NCBI RefSeq assembly: GCF_963921235.1
Contig: NC_086100.1
Span: forward strand, 198,712,001-198,776,000
From: Mobula hypostoma
Taxonomy: Eukaryota
Length of the DNA: 64,000 nucleotides
Direction of reading: 5' to 3'
The notes beneath the pieces are model-generated. The model ran no database searches. It was not told the origin of the DNA and was given only the letters and a program-made list of their open reading frames with translations. The translations under genes and the position numbers were made by a program. The number at the start of each line of letters is the position of its first letter. Positions within the stretch are counted from its first letter, which is position 1. Positions 25,871 to 37,454 of the stretch are shown here, in pieces.

Positions 25871-26177
25871 GTCACACAGAGGGTGTGGAGTCTGTTCGTG
25901 AGGGAGGAGTGCTCAGTCACCTTCTGGGCCTGGCCGCCGGCGCCTCCTGCGTGACAGCTTGTCACTGGACATGGGAAACGGGAGGCGGAACTCCAGCAGT
26001 GACTGCGGATACAGAACGGCCCTTTCCCAAAATAAAACAGAGCAACAATGCATCAGTATAATCCCGGATAACGGCCCGACCCGATTGGATCAGAGTCGAA
26101 ATTCCGGTTAACTCCATCACTGCCAGATGCGGTGCATGTGGCTGACGGATTTAGCCCGCACCAAGCCGTCTTTTTAG

Positions 26178-26350
26178 ATCACACACTCTCGGGGTCAGAC
26201 ACGGAGAGAAACTCTCTCCACACTGTCCCATCACACACTCCCAGGGTCAGATACAAAGTGAAGCTCCCTCTACACTGTCCCATCACGCACTCCCGGGGTC
26301 AGACACGGAGAGAAACTCCCGCTGCACCGTCCCATCACAAACTCCCGGCG
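26178..26350 (-). repeat. Short array (~3 units) of the 52-bp repeat also found at 44195-44665
   Basis: cacactgtcccatcacacactcccagggtcagatacaaagtgaagctccctc is the reverse complement of the 44.2-44.7 kb unit. Confidence 0.85.
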
Positions 26351-26689
26351 TCAGTATAGGAACTAGTTCTGTCGGCCAGCTGTTGGAGGACGTGAGCGCG
26401 TGGAGCGGCCGTGAACAGGGATTGGAATTCTTGGTGGAATGGTGTTTTTGTCCTCAGAGAGTTCCCTTAGCCTGAGACCAGCCCGGTCTGTGACCGGAAG
26501 CGCTGTCTATGCAGTGGGGTTTGTGCGGGGTCCTATTGTTCCACTGCACACAGCCCAACACACACTGAGCATAGCCGCAGGGCAGTGGGACGGGGTCTGA
26601 TCTCTTACTCCCAGCCTCACTGCCCCACAAACTCCAAGCAGTCTCACCTGGGGGGAGAGTGGGTGGAAGAGAGCTCAACCCCTTCCACG

Positions 26690-27330
26690 AGCCCCCTCTT
26701 CCCTCAATCCCTCCCATTCCAAACCCTCCCTTTCTATCCCATCCCAAAAGCCTCCTCTCTCAAATCCTTCCCATTCCAAATCCCTCCAATCCCAAAACCC
26801 TCCCCTCTCAAACCTCCCTATCCCAAATCCCAAAAACCTCGCATCCAAATCCTTCCTATTCCAAACGCCTCCCATCCCAAACACCTCCATTCCAAATCCC
26901 TCCCATCCTAAACACTTCCCACCTCAAACTTCCCCATCTCAAACGTTGCCATCCTTAATCCCTCCCCTCCTAAACAACTTCCATCCCAAATCCCTCCTAT
27001 CTCAAACACTTCCCACCCCAAACGCCCCATTCCAAATCCCTCCCATCCTAAACACTTCCCATCCCAAATCTCCCCATTCCAAACACCTCCCATTCCAACC
27101 CACCCTCCAATACCAACCTCTTCCCTTTCGAATCCCATACCTCAACATTACATCTCTCCCATTCCATCCCACCCTGATACCTAGCCCCAAACTTCAACCT
27201 TTCCATGACCCCATTTTTTCTGCCTCCTCTCCGGCCCTTCCCACATCCAATCTCCCCTCCCACACCCTCTCTCTTCCCCTCACCTCATCCTAGCCCACCT
27301 TCACCACCCACCGCTGCCCCAGCCTCAGTC
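26690..27330. repeat. C-rich degenerate minisatellite (cccatcccaaatccct-type)
   Basis: Repeated cccat(c/t)ccaaa units. Confidence 0.8.
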
Positions 27331-28379
27331 CCTCTTTCCCCATCCGACTTCATCCCCGCCCCCCACCCCCAGCAATGGGCTCAGAGCGGGGTGGGATGGC
27401 GAACACGGAGCGGTCAGGCTGAGGGACAGGGAGATGGTGGAAGGGTATTGGGACAGTTGGCAGGTGATAGAGTCTAAAAATGATGGGCGACCATCGAGAT
27501 GGATGGGAGGACGGTCTTCCGATGTCACGGAATGGCGGAACGCACGGTCGCAGTGCCCTCTCCGGCCTCAATCAGTGCGGACATTTCTCGTTCTGCTCGT
27601 CGTTTCTATGACTGGAAAACACTTCTGTTCATAAAGCGCACGACTATTTACTATGTACACCCATTCTGAATGATATTTAATTTACCTATACGTATATGGC
27701 AATGTTTTTATGGGCTGTGTGCGATGTACGTTGTGGGGGTGCACCGTGGTATGGAGGAACGTTTCACTTGGTTGTAAATAAACCTCAACTTGAACCTCTG
27801 GTTGAGGAGGTCGTCCAGAGTTTCGGGCGGGACATTACACTGTGATGTTCCACTACAAACTGTGGCCAGAGGTGGCATCCATCGGTAAGGGACCTTTCCA
27901 CCCGTGACAAGCCCCCTTCCCCTGTCCATGAACCCTAATCTGACACCTAACCGCCCTCTCTGTCCCCGTCCCTACGAACCTAAACAACGAGGCCTGAGCC
28001 ACGAACCCGATGTGGTTGAGGCCTCGTCTGTGTGAGTGTATGAGCGTGTAGGCTTGTGAGTGTGAATGCACACGCACAGCGTGTGAGTGTGAATAATTAT
28101 ATTTAAGTGTGTATGTAGTAGAAAGTGGGAGTGTTGCTGTGTGTATGTAGGTGTAAGTCCTCTGTTCCCAATGTCAACTTGAGTCGTGCAGATGTGGGTT
28201 TGCCAGTGAGCGTGGTTAGGTGAGCCCCGTGTGTGTGAGAGTCCCGTAGGTAAGTGTGAGGGTGTGTGGGTAGTTCGTGTGCCTGTGTGAAACCTGTGTG
28301 TTTGCCATTGTGAGTTTTCGAAGTCAGTGTGCATGCCCCGTGCGTCAAAGTCCTGTGTCCGTGTGTCAGTGCGAGTGCA

Positions 28380-28760
28380 CTGCTAAGTGTGTGTGTGAGT
28401 GTGAGCGGCGCACTCAGCAGGAGCCGGTGAAGGGTTAATCCCGGGGCGGGACCACCCCGCTCCGAGCCACCGCGCCTGACACAGTGCGAGCGGAGCGGGC
28501 GGAGGCACCGGGTTACGGAGCGGAGCGAGAAGAGGGCCGTAAAACATCGCGCGCTCTGCCGCCCACCTCCGCAAGCGACGAACACCGGGGGAACAGCGCT
28601 GGACGGGGCGATCGCTGGGTGAGTCCGTCCTAATCCCCCGCGACAGCATCTCCACCCCCCACCCACCGACCTCCGTCACCCGGAATACGACTGCCTGTGG
28701 GATCTTACCGTGTCCAGGGAATGCGCTCTGAGGGGCATCCCCTCCTTCCGCGAGGGATCC
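28380..28760 (+). promoter_or_regulatory. CpG-rich putative promoter and non-coding first exon of the HSPA12B-like gene
   Basis: Dense CpG in an otherwise CpG-depleted window. GC box GGGGCGGGA at 28443-28451 and strong donor TGG|GTGAGT (exon would end at 28618). No ATG between the GC box and the donor. Lies 4.5 kb upstream of the ATG exon. Confidence 0.6.
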
Positions 28761-29644
28761 ACTCCCCACCTACCCCCTGTTCTCACCGACCATATACACC
28801 CAACACCTCCCCCTTCCCTGTACATCGCCATACATCCCCTCCCTCCCTATTCACCTCCAGCCTTGCGACATGCCTCTCCCTACCCCTTCTCACTCCTGCC
28901 TCCCCCCGACCCTACACCCTCATCTGTTCCCCCCTTTTCCCTGTATCCCGTGTTCTCCCCCCCCCCCCCACCACCACCCGATTTAGGCTACATCCTGACA
29001 ACACCATCTGACAACATAGGCGCTGCTACAGCCCCAGATCTCTACCTTCGGTATCTTTCCGTCGGACGTCTGGCCTCGGGACTAAACTTTGGTACCCCAC
29101 CCTTCTTCTCCATCTCTCCCTCTCTCCCACCCGGCACCATTTCTACGTTTCCAATGTTAAGACGAGGTTGGTAGGTCTCAAGTGCGTCAAATGTTACGGG
29201 GAGATGTCAGAAGAATCGGGTTTAGAGGGGCAATAAATCAGCCGTGATGGAATGGCAGAGCAGATTCGACGGGCCGAATGGCCCAATTTTGCTTCTAGGT
29301 CTTATGGTCATTAAAAACCCGGGCGCTGTAATCCCTGCGCTGTTCCTCCATTGGGTTCGGCGTTGCCTGAGGTGTTGGTCGCAGGGAGGGTGCGGATGGC
29401 ATTTCCGGGACAGAGCGGAGGCTCCAGGGTTAACGTGGGCAGAACACCCACTCACCGGGGCTGTGTTCCCTGGGGTTTAGGGGCCGTGAGGTGGATCTGA
29501 GGGGGAGAGACCGCCACACCTGGTTGAGACTCCGACTTCCAGGTAAACTTGTTTTAGATTTAATTTGGTTTGAGTGAGTCGCTGTTATTGCCTCTCATCA
29601 TTTTGTACACTTCTATCACCTTCTAGTTTGTCATAAAAATTAGG

Positions 29645-29822
29645 AAGTCTGCAGATCCTGGAAATCCAGAGTAACGCATGGAACATGCAGGTGGAACCCG
29701 GCCGGTCCGGCAGCATCCATTGAATGAACAAACACGTTTCGGCCCGAAACGTCGACTCTCTATTCATTTCCACAGAGACTGCCTGACCGGCAGAGTTCCT
29801 CCAGCATGCTGTGTGCGTTGTA
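29645..29822. mobile_element. Fold-back pair of Penelope-type termini
   Basis: Inverted arms centred on acgtttcgg-c-ccgaaacgt (29734-29752). The flanks are inverse copies of the gatgctgcc...ttcctccagca segment. Confidence 0.75.
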
Positions 29823-29829
29823 GCAATGA

Positions 29830-30275
29830 TCCCCGCCGCGAAGTTTGTACGCGGATCTCCCAGCCACCTGTTACTTCTACGGCCTGGAAGAGACCGTGCA
29901 CCACATGTACAGGACGTGGAGTGAGCGAGGCTGCATCTCCTGTTCGCCAGTCTGCGGGGGCCGCTCCTCGCCTTCTGGTTGCATTTTAGCCCCAACTTCT
30001 TGGGGGAGGGGGCGCAAGGGGAGAGGAGGATGTCCTAGTAGACATGCTTCTGGAGCTGTTGAAACTGGAGGTGGGCAGCGGAGGGTTCTGCCCAGGGCGG
30101 CTGCCTGCCGATGATCCAGGGATGTGGAGGTACCTCGAGGTGTTCCAGGGCTATTGGGTACCACAGGCAGACGGGAATATTTTAATTTAGATTGTGTTCG
30201 TCACTGTCATTGTTCCTGTGTTTGGCGTAGTATTGTAGAATTGTAATTTGCAATAAGTGTGTTTTTGTAAAACAA
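29830..30275 (+). mobile_element. L1/Tx1-like LINE 3' fragment (degenerate)
   Basis: C.F.GLEETV.H.Y...C zinc-knuckle-like stretch, then (other frame) LLAFWLHFSP, ending in an AT-rich 3' region. Confidence 0.55.
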
Positions 30276-30540
30276 AGGGAAATTATTGGGACTCGCCTCC
30301 ACACTGACAGAGATGAGGAGGCCCTCCCTCACATTCTGAAGACAGGGGGTGGTGGTCAGTGGATCTTATTCTGTCTGGAGTCTGTGACTAGTGGAGTTCC
30401 ACTACCAGGGCGTCTGCTGTTTCTGATGTGGGTAGCCAATCATGAGAGGTACAGATCAGGTGGATGATCACAGACTTTTCCCCAGTGTAGGGGAGTCAAA
30501 AGTTTAAAGGGGGGGAGGATTTTTGGAGCAGGTTGGACAC

Positions 30541-30790
30541 GGCTGGTGGCGTAGTGGCATCGGCATCGGACTTCGGGACGTAAGGTCCCGAGTTCGAATC
30601 CAGCTGGCTCCCCTGCACGCTTTCCATCCATGCTGGGTTACGAGCTGGTGATCTCTTTGGAAACTCACCCGGCAGAAAGCAATGGCAAACCACTGCTGTA
30701 ACTTGCCTCGTACGCGGTTCCCCACTAAGTGGAGGGAAAATCGTCCGTTAACCGGAGAGACTCCGGATGCGACGTACCTTTCCTTTTTTT
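30541..30790 (+). mobile_element. tRNA-headed SINE with RTE-related body
   Basis: Pol III A box TGGCGTAGTGG and B box GAGTTCGAATCC. Body motif gaaagcaatggcaaaccac is shared with the RTE 5' region. Ends in a T run. Confidence 0.75.
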
Positions 30791-30957
30791 CACATTGAGG
30801 GTGGCGAGTGTATGGAACGAGCTGCCGGGGCAAGTGGGAGGGGTGGGTAAGTGAAGTGGTAGAAATCGGCGTGTGCGGAGTTGAAGCGCATTGGGTGAGA
30901 GAAAACTGTAGGATAGCAGGGTGAGTGCAGAGGGTGTCCCAGCTCGAGCAGGCAGCG

Positions 30958-31215
30958 ACCATGGTGGTGTGACGGTCTGCGTAACACTGGTATAGCGGCT
31001 GTGACCCGGGTTCAGTTCCCGCCTGTAGTGGTAAGGAGTGGGTACGTCCCCCGCCCCTCTGTGAACACGCGGGTTTCCTCCGGGAGCTTCAGTTTCCTCC
31101 CACATACGGGTTAGGGTTAATAATATGTGGGCATGCCGTGTTGACGCAGGGACCGTGGAAACACTTGGGTGCCGCCCCCCAGAACATCCTCGGGCTATGT
31201 TGCTTGTTTATGGGG
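30958..31215 (+). mobile_element. V-SINE copy
   Basis: B-box-like gggttcagttccc and V core gggtttcctccgggagcttcagtttcctcccaca. Confidence 0.65.
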
Positions 31216-31905
31216 ATCATGATGCTGTCTTTAGCTCGGGGAAGCAAGAACTGCGCGAACAGGAAGGCGAAATTCTCAGAGAATATACAACCACTTCTGC
31301 GATACCAGAGACACGAGGCGCATGTGGCAGGGAATTCAGAGGGTTACTGACTCCAAGTCTACCCTGTGCGTCAGTGACCAGGATGTCTGACTCCGCGACA
31401 GGTTGGATGTCTTTTACTCCCGGCTGAATGCGCGGAACGAAGTACCGGCAGGGAAAGCGCCCCTCCCCCAGGGGAGGTGACACTCTGTCAGGCTGAAGCT
31501 GAGGTGAGGAAGACCCTGGCCAGAGTCAACCCGCGCAAAGCTGCAGTGCCCGATAATATACCAGATTGGGTTCCGAAAGACCGCGCAGCCCAGCTGACAG
31601 ATATATTCAACATCTCTGTGGAACTATCCATTATCCCCTTGGTTTTCGAAGCTGCAACCATCATTACAGTACCAAAGAATGCGACAGTATCCTGCCTAAA
31701 TGACTATCGTCCTGTGAAATACGTTGAACGGCTGGTCATGGAGATCTTTACTCCCGGATACATTGGACCCTTTGGAATCCGTTTATCGCTCGAACCGATC
31801 CACTGATGATGCAACAGCCTCTTCCCTTCCACTCCGTCCTGTCCCACCTGGAAAATGGGGTCTCATAAGGCAGGCTGCTGTTTATAGACTTCAGTTCAGC
31901 TTTCA
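31216..31905 (+). mobile_element. Rex1/Babar internal fragment (degenerate)
   Basis: [27 protein letters not shown] and LDPL...YRSNRSTDDA. Confidence 0.75.
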
Positions 31906-32160
31906 ACACTTATCCCAGAGGGTGGTGAATCTGTGGAATTCTCTGCCCAATGAAGCAGTGGCGGCTACCTCAGTAAATATATTTAAGACAAGGCTGGATA
32001 GATTTTTGCATCGTGGGGGAATTAAGGGTGATGGGGAAAAGGCAAGTAGGTAGAGATGAATCCATGGTCAGATCAGCCATGATCTTATTAAATTGTGGAG
32101 CAGGTTCGACAGATCAGATGGCCGACTCCTGCTCTTATTTCTTATGTTCTTATGTTCTTA
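31906..32160 (+). mobile_element. CR1 3' tail
   Basis: SQRVVNLWNSLP and a (ttcttatg)n tail. Confidence 0.75.
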
Positions 32161-32187
32161 AACCAAACTAATCGTTCATCTTTATCC

Positions 32188-32213
32188 ATGTGTGTGTGAG
32201 AGACAACGTCTGT

Positions 32214-32245
<32 letters not shown>

Positions 32246-32330
32246 ATCTGTGTGTGCATGTGTGTGTATATGTGTGTGTCTGTGTGTGTGTGCGCGCACA
32301 TGCGCGTCTGTGTGTGTGAGAGAGAGACAG
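32188..32330. repeat. (TG)n/(GA)n compound microsatellite
   Basis: Directly visible. Confidence 0.9.
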
Positions 32331-32435
32331 AAAGAACCTGTCTGTGTGAGGGAGAGAGATTGTGATTCATTCTCTCTGTCCACCTCTCCCCGCCCCTACC
32401 ACTTTCCCTACAAGTAACAGTGCCTATGTGATATA

Positions 32436-32925
32436 AACTCAGTGGCCTCTTTATTAGGTACACCTGTACACCTGCACATTTAATCAGCCAATCATGTGGC
32501 AATATAAAAGCATGCAGACATGGTCAAGAGGTTCGGTTGTCTGGACCAAACATCAGAATGGAGAAGAATGTAATCTAAGTGACTGGCCGTTGAATGTTTG
32601 TTGGTACTACACGGGGTTGTCTGAGCTTCTCAGATGCTGCCGATCTGCGATTTCCATGAAGAACAATCTCGAGAGTTTACAGAGAACAGTATAAAAAATC
32701 CAGAGGGACAGTTCTGTGGGCAAAATCGCCTTGTTAATGAGAGAAGTCAGAGGAGAATGGCCAGACTGGTTCAAGCTGACAGCAACTCAGATAACTTTAC
32801 AAAAGCAGTGTGCAGAAGAGAATTTCTGAAAGCACTACACATCGAACTTTGAAATGGATGGGCTACAGCAGCAGAAAACTACGCCAGATTCTGATCCAGT
32901 ACCTAATAAAATGGCCACTGAGTAT
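32436..32925 (+). mobile_element. Non-autonomous Tc1-like transposon (same family as 11353)
   Basis: TIRs actcagtggcctctttattaggtac ... gtacctaataaaatggccactgagt, with a TA flank on the right. Confidence 0.85.
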
Positions 32926-33125
32926 ATTTCCTCACCCTCAGTACCGCCATCTCGGCTTGCCTTCGCTATGCAGAACCCAGGAAAGTAACCTCAGGCTCGG
33001 TGTGTCCACCCAGGACACGGGGCTGGGCAGGGCAGTGTGGTGGGGGCTCCCGGCCAGCTCCCAGAATGACCAGTCCTCTGCTGTTTTCCAGGGATCGCCC
33101 AGGAGGAGTGCCGGAAGCCTATAAC

Positions 33126-33168
33126 ATGAACTCAACCATCAACACCCCCATCGCGAAGTGGGCTCCAG
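33126..33168 (+). CDS. HSPA12B: HSPA12B-like first coding exon (exon 33092-33168), MNSTINTPIAKWAP + 1 nt
   Basis: Acceptor ctgttttccag|G at 33092, ATG at 33126 with A at -3, donor CAG|gtagga. The 43 coding nt (phase 1) fit the phase-1 start of the next exon. The peptide is not recognisably conserved, so the call rests on splice signals and phase. Confidence 0.65.
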
Positions 33169-33329
33169 GTAGGACTGTCCCTTCCCACCCCAGCAGACCC
33201 TACCCCCTACCCCACCCCTTTCCCTCATCTCCAGACATGTAGCCTAGCCTTGAGGGAGAACACTGAATGCTAATCTAGGGAGAGTATTTGATGTAGTATA
33301 CCGGGGCTTAGACTACTCAATAAACATTA

Positions 33330-34262
33330 CAGCAGAGATTCCCATCCAGTCCATGCCAGCCAGCTAGTCCCACTTTTCTGTGTTCAACCCGTGTCCTTCA
33401 AAGCCTCACCAATTCATGGACTTGTCCAACCGCTTCTTCAATTACACTATTGTTCTGGCCTCAACGACTTCCTCTGGCAGCTTATTCACCTACCCACCAC
33501 CCTGTCTCTGTGAAAACGTTGTCCCTCAGGTCTCCTTTCAATCTTCCCCCTTCATTTTAAACTTGTACTGTCTAGATTTATGCTCTCTAGCTTCTCCCCC
33601 TACTTTTGGGAAAAGACTGCGACCGTCCCCTTTATCTCTGCCCGTCATGATTTTATAAACCCCTATCCGGTTACCCCTCAGCCTTCTTCACCCCAGGGAA
33701 AACAGTCCCAGACTGTCCAGCCTCTCCTTAGCACTCAAACCCTCCGGTCTCAGTAAAATCCTGGTGAATCTTTTCTGCCCCTTCTCTAGTTTAATGACAG
33801 CCTTCCTGTAGCCGGTGATCAGAACTACACACAGTACGCCAGGGACTCAGCAATGTCTTTTACTGTGTAATATTATGTCCCAGCTTCTGTACTCAGTGCC
33901 CTGATTTTTAGGTTTACAAAATTATGAGGGGTACAGACAGAGTAAATGCGAGTAGGCTCTTTCCACTTAGATTAGGAGAGATAAATACGAGAGGACATGG
34001 CTTTAAGGTGAAAGGGGAAAGATTAGGGGGAACTTCTTCACTCACAGAGTGTTGGGAGTGTGGAACGAGCTGCCATCTGACGTGGTAAATGCGGGCTCAC
34101 TCTTAAGTTTTAAGTATAAATTGGATAGATTCATGGATGGGAGAGGTCTGGAGGGTTATGGACTGGGTGCAGGTCAATGGGACTAGCGGAATAAAGTTTC
34201 GACACAGACTAGAAGGGCCGAATGGCCTGTTTTCTGTGCTGTAGTGTTCTATGGTTCTATGA
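33330..34262. mobile_element. CR1 3' fragments (minus ~33330-33900, plus ~33910-34262)
   Basis: CR1 C-terminal and tail motifs in both orientations. Confidence 0.65.
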
Positions 34263-34744
34263 TGAAGACCAGCATGCAGCATAGCATCAGTCATGCACTT
34301 GGCCCCGACACAATGAGAAAACAAGAACACTTACGTCAGGCTGCTGTTTCTGGATATCAGTTCGGCATTCAGTGCTATTGTCCCACAGACCTTGATGGAC
34401 AAACTCCTACTCCTCGGTCTAAACACACCCCTGTGCTGCAACAGGGTGTTGCACTTCCTAACCAACAGGCCTCAAATAGTCAGGATGCACGACCGCTCCT
34501 CCCTCCGCACCATTCTCAACACGAGTGACCCCAGGACTGTGTACCGAGCCCGTTGCTGTACACTCTGCTCACACGTGTCTGCATGGCCAAATCACATCGT
34601 CAAGTTCGCCGATGACACAATAGCGATGAGACAGCCTACAGAGAGGAAGTGGGGTTTCAAACTTTGAGCAGTTTCAAACTCCTGGGAGTGCACATCTTGC
34701 ACTACCTGTCACGGTCCCAGAACATACCCTACACAACGTACTCA

Positions 34745-37445
34745 TAATGACATACTGGTGGGGATGAGAGCAGAGCAGAGATGGCTGAAATTTCCGGGAA
34801 TAGTTCACAAGTCGCAGGATAGATATGTCCCACAGAGGAAGAAGTTCTCAAATGGTAGGGTTAGGCAACCGTGGCTGACAAAGGGAGTTAAGGACTGCAT
34901 GAAAGCCAAGGAAAAGGTAAATAAGGTAGCAAAAGTGAGTGGGAAGTTGGGTGATTGGGAAGCTTTTAAAATCCAACAAAAAGCAACTAAAAAAAGCTGT
35001 AAGAAGGGAAAAGATGAAATATGAGGGCAATCTAGCCAATAATATAAAGCAAGATACCAAAAGTGTTTTTTTCCAGTTATATAAAGAATAAAAGGGAGGT
35101 AAGAGTTGATATTGGACCAGTGGAAAATGATGCTGGTGAGGTAGGAATGGGGGACAAAGATGAACAGATGAACTTAATGGGTACTTTGCATCAGTCTTCA
35201 CTGTGGAAAACACTAGCAGTGTGCCAGAGGTCCATGAGTGTCAGGGAGCAGGAGTGAGTGCCATTGCTATTACAAAGGAAAAAGTGCCAGGCAAACTCAA
35301 AGGTCTCAAAGTGAATAATTCACCTGGACCTGATGGACTACATCCCAGAGTCCTGAGAGAGGCTGCTGAAGTGGTAACAGATGCATTGGTCATGAGCTTT
35401 CAAGAATCACTTGATTCTGGCATGGTTTCGGAGGACTGGAAGATTGCAAATGTCACTCTACTCCTTAAAGAGGAAGGCAAAAGAAAGGAAATTATAGGCC
35501 ATTTAGCCTAACTTCATGGTTGGGAAACATAGAAACATAGAAACATAGAAAATAGGTGCAGGAGTAGGCCATTCGGCCCTTCGAGCCTGCACCGCCATTT
35601 ATTATGATCATGGCTGATCATCCGACTCAGAACCCAGCCTTCCCTCCATACCCCCTGACCCCTGTAGCCACAAGGGCCATATCTAACTTCCTGTTAAACA
35701 TAGCCAATGAACTGGCCTCAACAGTTTGCTGTGGCAGAGAATTCCACAGATTCACCACTCTCTGTGTGAAGAAGTTTTTCCTAATCTCGGTCCTAAAAGG
35801 CTTCCCCTCTATCCTCAAACTGTGACCCCTCGTTCTGGACCTCCCCAACATCGGGAACAATCTTCCCACATCTAGCCTGTCCAATCCCTTTAGGATCTTA
35901 TACGTTTCAATCAGATCCCCCCTCAATCTTCTAAATTCCAATGAGTACAAGCCCAGTTCATCCAGTCTTTCTTCATATGAAAGACCTGCCATCCCATCAA
36001 TCTGGTGAACCTTCTTTGTACTCCCTCTATGGCAAAGATGTCTTTCCTCAGATTAGGGGACCAAAACTGCACACAATACTCCAGGTGTGGTCTCACCAAG
36101 GCCTTGTACAACTGCAGTAGTACCTCCCTGCTCCTGTACTCGAAAAGTGTTGGAGTCTATTATTAATGATGAGATTTTGGGATACTTGAAGACCAATGAT
36201 AAAATAAGTCAAAGTCAGCATAGTTTCTGTAAAGGGAGAGGCAAATCTGTTAGAGTTCTATGAGGAAGTTAATACATAGGATGTACAAAGGAAAGGCAGT
36301 GGGTGTCATTTACTTGGATTTTCAGAGGGCTTTTGATAAGGTGCCACACATGAGGCTGTTAACAAGATAAAATCCTATGGCGTTACAGGAAAGATACTGG
36401 CATGGATAGAGGAATGGTTGACAGATAGGAGGCAGTGAGTGGAAATAAAAGGAGTCTTTTCTGGTTGGCTGACAGACTAGTGGTGTTCCTGAGGGGTCAG
36501 TATTTTCACATCATTTGTCAATAATTTGGATAATGGAATTGATGGCTTTGTGGTGAATAGTGCAGATGATGCGAAGATAGGTGGAGGGGTAGGTAGTGCT
36601 GAGGAAGCAATGCGATTGCAGCAGGACTGGGACAAATTGGAAGAAGGAGCAAAAAGGTGTCAGATGGAATACAGTGTTGGGAAATATATGATAATACATT
36701 TTGGTAAAAGAAACAATAGTGCAGACTATTATCTAAATGGGGAGAATGCAAGACTCCCAGAAGATTAATTTACAGGTTAAATCTGTGGTAAAGAAGGCAA
36801 ATGCAATGTTAGCATTTATTTCAAAGGGAAATAAAACATAAAAACAATGATATAATGCTGAGCCTTTATAAGATACTAGTCAGGCCGCACTTGGAGTATT
36901 GCCAACAGTTTTGGGCCCCGTATCTCCGAAAGGATGCATCGTCATTGGAGAGAGTCCAGAGGAGGTTAATGAGGATGATTCCAGGAATTCCATGTGAGGA
37001 ATGTTTGGCAGCTTTGAGCCTGTACTCACTGGAATTTAGAAGAATGTGGGGGACCTCATTGAAACCTACTGAATGTTGAAAGGACTCGATAGTGTGGATG
37101 TGGAGAGGATGTTTCCTATGGTGGGAGTATCCAAAACTGGAGGGTACAGCCTCAAAATTGAAGGGCAACCTGTTAGAACAGAGGTAAGGAGGAATTTTTA
37201 TTTGGCCAGAGAATAGTAAATCTATGGAATGCTCTGCCACAGACTGCAGTGGAGGCCAAGCCCATGGGTATATTTAAGACGGAAGTTGATCATTTCCTGA
37301 TCGGCCAGGGCATCAAAGGACATGGTGAGAAGACAGGTGTATGGGGTTGAGTGGGATCCAGGATCAGTCATGTTGGAATGGTGGAGCAGACTCGATGGGC
37401 TGAATGGCCTAATTCTGCTCCTATGTCTTATGGTCTTATGGTCTA
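34745..37445 (+). mobile_element. Degenerate CR1 LINE interrupted by a younger antisense CR1
   Basis: QPWLTK, SPGPDGLHPRVL, DWKIANVT, ADDAKIGG and LVRPHLEYC, with a cttatggtcttatgg tail. Confidence 0.85.
35526..36143 (-). mobile_element. Young 5'-truncated CR1 nested in CR1
   Basis: Minus-strand [15 protein letters not shown]...[17 protein letters not shown]...FFTQRVVNLWNSLP and a (CTATGTTT)n tail. Confidence 0.9.
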
Positions 37446-37454
37446 ATAGACATT

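Noticed and set aside
24337..25954. Gly/Arg-rich ORFs
   Set aside because: Translations of the G-rich 36-bp minisatellite.
30541..30615. Stand-alone tRNA gene
   Set aside because: A and B boxes are present, but the acceptor and anticodon stems do not pair properly and a SINE body follows.
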